30,083 bases of DNA from Fidelibacterota bacterium (GTDB lineage: Bacteria; Fidelibacterota; Fidelibacteria; Fidelibacterales; DSDE01), in the NCBI GenBank assembly GCA_046735395.1, contig JBJKQR010000033.1, positions 1-30,083 on the forward strand. Reading direction: 5' to 3'. A program made the position numbers and the translations under genes. The stretch's first letter is position 1, and every line of letters starts with the position of its first letter. The notes under the pieces are model-generated. The model did no database searches and was not told the origin of the DNA. It saw only the letters and a list, made by a program, of their open reading frames with translations. Positions 26,338 to 30,083 of this stretch are shown here, in pieces.

Positions 26338-28729
26338 CAAGGGCAGTGTTTCCGGACTGAAGGAAGAATTTCTGTCTTCCGGGACCTTCCGGGATAATAT
26401 TGTTCATGTCCATCAACTTCCTGCCCGGGCCGGAGAATACAGTGAATTCCCGGCGTCCCTCAATTCCCGGCTTCAGGAAGCCCTGCGGGCCAAAGGCATA
26501 GACCGGCTCTATTCCCATCAGCGCGAATGCTGGAATCTGGCGGAGCAGCGCCGTGACTTCGTCGTGGTGACACCCACCTCCAGCGGAAAAACGCTGTGTT
26601 ATGATCTGCCGGTTCTCAATGATATCATGAGAAACCCCGGCTCCCGGTCTCTCTTTCTGTTTCCCACCAAGGCGCTGTCCCAGGACCAGATGACAGATCT
26701 TCACGATCTGGTCACCGCCACCGGTGAGGATATCCGGGTCTACACCTTTGACGGTGACACGCCGTCCAACGCCCGGGTGGCCATCCGCAAACAGGGCCAT
26801 ATTGTTGTATCCAATCCGGATATGCTCCATCAGGGAATTTTACCTCATCATACCAAATGGATGCATTTTTTTCAGAATCTCCGCTATGTGGTGATTGATG
26901 AAATGCATGCCTACCGGGGCGTGTTCGGGAGCCATCTCGCCAATGTGCTCCGGCGCCTGAAGCGCGTAGCCGCCTTTTACGGTTCGGATCCCATGTTTAT
27001 TTTCTGCTCAGCGACCATCGCGAATCCGCGCGAACATGCGGAACGGCTCCTGGAAAAACCCATCATCTCCGTGGAGAACAATGGCGCACCGGCCGGTGCA
27101 AAGACGGTGATCTTTTACAATCCGCCCGTCATCAACAAGGAATTGGGAATCCGGGCTTCCTACATCAAGCAGGCCCGGAAAATCGCCCGGCATATCATCA
27201 ATCAGGGCCATCAGGCCATCGTATTTGCCCTGTCACGGCTGAATGTGGAAGTGATGACCAAGTATCTGAAGGATGATTTCGAGCGCAGCCTCGAAGCGCT
27301 GGCAGAAAATGAGAAAATAGCCGGATACCGGGGCGGATATCTGCCGAAGCGCCGCCGTGAGATCGAACAGGGCATCAAGTCGGGCAGCATCCGGGGCGTG
27401 GTGTCGACCAATGCGCTGGAGCTGGGCATCGATATCGGTTCACTCGATGTGGCCGTCATCGCCGGATATCCGGGAAGCATCGCCTCCACCTGGCAGCAGA
27501 TCGGCCGGGCCGGCAGACGGGGCAGCGAGTCGCTGGGAATTTTTATCGCCCGGTCCAATCCTCTCGACCAGTTTCTCATGTCGCATCCGGATTATTTTTT
27601 CAGCCGGTCACCGGAATACGCACGGATTAATCCTGATAATCTGATGATCCTCGTTGATCATGTCAAATGCGCATCCTTTGAACTTCCCTTCCGGGAAGGG
27701 GACACTTTCGGGCGCGTTTCCGCCGATGACCTGCAGGAGATTCTGACCTTCCTCCAGGAGGGCGGGACGCTGCACAAGAACGGAAATCGCTGGTACTGGG
27801 CCGATGAGGTCTATCCGGCTGTTTCCGTGAATCTGCGCCGCAGCCCGGAAGGTAATTTCGTCGTCGTGGATACGAGCCGCGGCAGCCGGATCATTGCGGA
27901 AGTGGATTACAGTTCGGCCGCCATGACCATTTACCCGGACGCCGTGTATATGGCCAGCGGAGACCAGTATATCGTGGATGAGCTGGACTGGGACGGCCGG
28001 AAGGCGCTGGTGCGGCCCTGCGACGCCGATTATTACACCGATGCTATTGATTATACCAATGTGAAGATCCTTGATGAGGATAATGCCCGGGAGAGCGGCC
28101 ACGTGCAGGTTTTTCTCGGTGAAATCCAGGTGGTGACCCGGGCGGTCGGTTTCAAGAAAATCAAATTCTATACGATGGAGAATGTGGGCTACGGCAAGAT
28201 CAACCTGCCCAATATCGAACTGGCCACATCCGCCTACTGGTTCACCATTCCTCAGGACTTGCTGGACCGGCTTTCCTACAGCCGGGCTGATATCATCGAC
28301 GGGGTTCTGGGCATTTCCCGCGCCCTCCATTCCATTGCCATCCTGAAAATCATGAGTGAAAGCCATGACCTGCACCGGGCCGTCGGTGACAAGAGCGCCG
28401 AATGGTTCGCCATGAATACGGTGACGGAACGGGGAATCTACAGCCAGCCTGACGGGGATTCACCGTCTGTCCGTCTCAATCCGGATGATCTGGAACGCTT
28501 CCAGCCTACCATCTTTCTCTACGATAATTATCCGGGAGGCATGGGTTTTTCCGGGATGCTCTTTGCCGCACATGAGGATCTGTTGGTGGAATGCCGGGAC
28601 CTCATCATCCGCTGCGCCTGTCAGGACGGATGCCCGTCCTGCGTGGGCCCGAGCCGCGAAGCCGGTGCGAATTCGAAAGCCGTCGCCGCCGCGCTGACCC
28701 GGCTGCTGGTTGCGGATATTCAGAACTGA
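26327..28729 (+). CDS. DEAD/DEAH-box helicase with DUF1998 (MrfA/SftH/Hrq1-like)
   Basis: LYSHQ, TPTSSGKT, DEMHAYRGVFGS, SAT, TNALELGIDIG, QQIGRAGR, C-terminal CACQDGCPSC. Confidence 0.92.
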   Translation: MASDKGSVSGLKEEFLSSGTFRDNIVHVHQLPARAGEYSEFPASLNSRLQEALRAKGIDRLYSHQRECWNLAEQRRDFVVVTPTSSGKTLCYDLPVLNDIMRNPGSRSLFLFPTKALSQDQMTDLHDLVTATGEDIRVYTFDGDTPSNARVAIRKQGHIVVSNPDMLHQGILPHHTKWMHFFQNLRYVVIDEMHAYRGVFGSHLANVLRRLKRVAAFYGSDPMFIFCSATIANPREHAERLLEKPIISVENNGAPAGAKTVIFYNPPVINKELGIRASYIKQARKIARHIINQGHQAIVFALSRLNVEVMTKYLKDDFERSLEALAENEKIAGYRGGYLPKRRREIEQGIKSGSIRGVVSTNALELGIDIGSLDVAVIAGYPGSIASTWQQIGRAGRRGSESLGIFIARSNPLDQFLMSHPDYFFSRSPEYARINPDNLMILVDHVKCASFELPFREGDTFGRVSADDLQEILTFLQEGGTLHKNGNRWYWADEVYPAVSVNLRRSPEGNFVVVDTSRGSRIIAEVDYSSAAMTIYPDAVYMASGDQYIVDELDWDGRKALVRPCDADYYTDAIDYTNVKILDEDNARESGHVQVFLGEIQVVTRAVGFKKIKFYTMENVGYGKINLPNIELATSAYWFTIPQDLLDRLSYSRADIIDGVLGISRALHSIAILKIMSESHDLHRAVGDKSAEWFAMNTVTERGIYSQPDGDSPSVRLNPDDLERFQPTIFLYDNYPGGMGFSGMLFAAHEDLLVECRDLIIRCACQDGCPSCVGPSREAGANSKAVAAALTRLLVADIQN

Positions 28730-29062
28730 AATTCAGAATTTTATATAATAATAATTCAGATCAGGGTTAATTTGATTTGCCTGTCGCTTTGGTTACAGCT
28801 CAGTTTTGGCGTGTATTTAAAACCATTATGACATGTTTAACTATACGTCCTTCGCTATCCTGAAACGCTGTATCACCGAACTTCATCTGAAAATTTTTCT
28901 AAAGCATTTTTCACCTTGTCATCATCGTTTTTTTTTTTAACTTCATTTTGGATTTATATTTTTATTATTCGGAGTGACTGACGTGAATGAGCAGGGAAAC
29001 AACGTCCAAATACCGGGTATAATCGGCTCATGACGGAATGATAAAATGAAGAGGAGAAGATA

Positions 29063-30083
29063 ATGAAAGGGTTTTCATCAGTATTCGGATTTGTTATCCT
29101 TGGTGTTTTTCTTTTACTCAGCTGCGAAAAGCCTGTTGAGGAGCAATCTTTTGAGCAGCATCCCCTTGACTGGCCGTCCCTGGCTGCGGGGTCAGCATCC
29201 ATGTATCATGGCGGGCCTTTGGCAAATGGTCTTTATTTTGAAGAGGGGCCCAGTCATGGCGAAATCAAATGGGCTGCGAACATCGGGAATAGAATAGGTG
29301 GCAGTGGAATTGTCATTGACGACAACGAAAGAATGTATTTTTTTACACATCAAGGTACAATGGTGTGTTATTCAACTGCCGGGGATTCAATTTGGGAGGT
29401 GTCTGTAGATGATTCAAAACCCTATGGTACTGATTTACCTCCAGCCCCGCTTTTGTTGTCCAATGGCAATCTGTTAATAATTTTAAGGTACAAAATTGTT
29501 GAAATGGACAGGAACGGAACCCTGATATTTGAAAAAAATCTGGCCGACGCGGTGTTTACTGAATCTGCAAATATTGATCAGGACGGCAATATATATTCTA
29601 TTTATTCAAATACCAAATTATTTTCTCTGACCGCTGACGGAGATGAACGGTGGACATTGTCCGCGCCTGACGGTCTTGATGATAACTTCAGTATCTATGG
29701 CAGTCAGATATTAATGAATCCTGATGGGAATGGAATGACGGTCACGGGAAATAAATATATTTATAATATTTCCCTGGATGGTAACATTAATTGGTATAAA
29801 AAGACTACGTTCCAGACAAGGCCTGTATCACATGATCAGGGGGATATTTATAATTGGGATATAGGTGATACGTCCGTAGTATGTGTTGAACCTGACGGGA
29901 ATGAAAAATGGTCACATCACTTGCCGGGTGTCGTATTCAATATGTATTCACGACCGACAGTACTGATAAATGGAGATATCGTATTTTCTGCAGATAAGGG
30001 TGTTTTCTACAGCTTTTCGCCTACTGGAAAATTGAACTGGGTGTCAGATTTTGGTTCCGGTATTATAGGATCAGAACTCGTAT
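29063..30083 (+). CDS. PQQ-like/BamB-like beta-propeller lipoprotein (partial, runs off the window)
   Basis: Not in ORF track. GAGGAG RBS; MKGFSSVFGFVILGVFLLLSC lipobox; repeated blades ending GEIKW, GDSIW, DGDERW, DGNINW, DGNEKW, GKLNW. Confidence 0.8.
   Translation, partial: MKGFSSVFGFVILGVFLLLSCEKPVEEQSFEQHPLDWPSLAAGSASMYHGGPLANGLYFEEGPSHGEIKWAANIGNRIGGSGIVIDDNERMYFFTHQGTMVCYSTAGDSIWEVSVDDSKPYGTDLPPAPLLLSNGNLLIILRYKIVEMDRNGTLIFEKNLADAVFTESANIDQDGNIYSIYSNTKLFSLTADGDERWTLSAPDGLDDNFSIYGSQILMNPDGNGMTVTGNKYIYNISLDGNINWYKKTTFQTRPVSHDQGDIYNWDIGDTSVVCVEPDGNEKWSHHLPGVVFNMYSRPTVLINGDIVFSADKGVFYSFSPTGKLNWVSDFGSGIIGSELV

Noticed and set aside
6999..28697. Numerous antisense and alternate-frame ORFs (up to 332 aa) over housekeeping genes
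   Set aside because: These are shadow ORFs expected in GC-rich coding DNA, and none has recognisable motifs.
26327..28729. DUF1998 helicase as a DISARM/Druantia-type defence component
   Set aside because: It is a single ~800-aa MrfA/SftH-type protein in a host-like operon, with no methylase, nuclease or other partners.

Overview
Bacterial chromosomal window. The gene set and the outer-membrane barrels/lipoproteins suggest a diderm, possibly FCB-group organism (inference only). It has two parts. (1) ~1-6720 is a visibly AT-rich accessory hotspot built around divergent tRNA genes: tRNA-Asn(GTT) on -, and His-Pro-Arg on +. Downstream of tRNA-Asn lies a chain of small self-contained modules: decayed DUF4160/DUF2442, HigBA, an AAA_14/DUF4143 ATPase, a BrnT-like toxin with an RHH antitoxin, a FadL/PorV-like barrel, and decayed YefM/YoeB. 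Most modules are separated by copies of a modular repeat made of a tRNA-3'-end remnant, a terminator-like hairpin and a ~55-bp GA-rich hairpin unit. No integrase is visible. Partial tRNA duplicates interrupted by short palindromes occur beside both tRNA-Asn and tRNA-Arg. (2) ~6990-28730 is GC-richer housekeeping DNA: ABC-F, SDR, LysE, osmC, mutM, DMT, an NlpC/P60-like lipoprotein, typA, a lipocalin, a DGGGPS-like UbiA, dnaE, dtd, a B12-binding mutase subunit, radC, a carboxyltransferase, an acidic TPR protein, a HAD hydrolase, a degenerate CPBP protein and a DUF1998 helicase. A beta-propeller lipoprotein gene then runs off the window end. All calls are by eye from motifs; no database searches were run.
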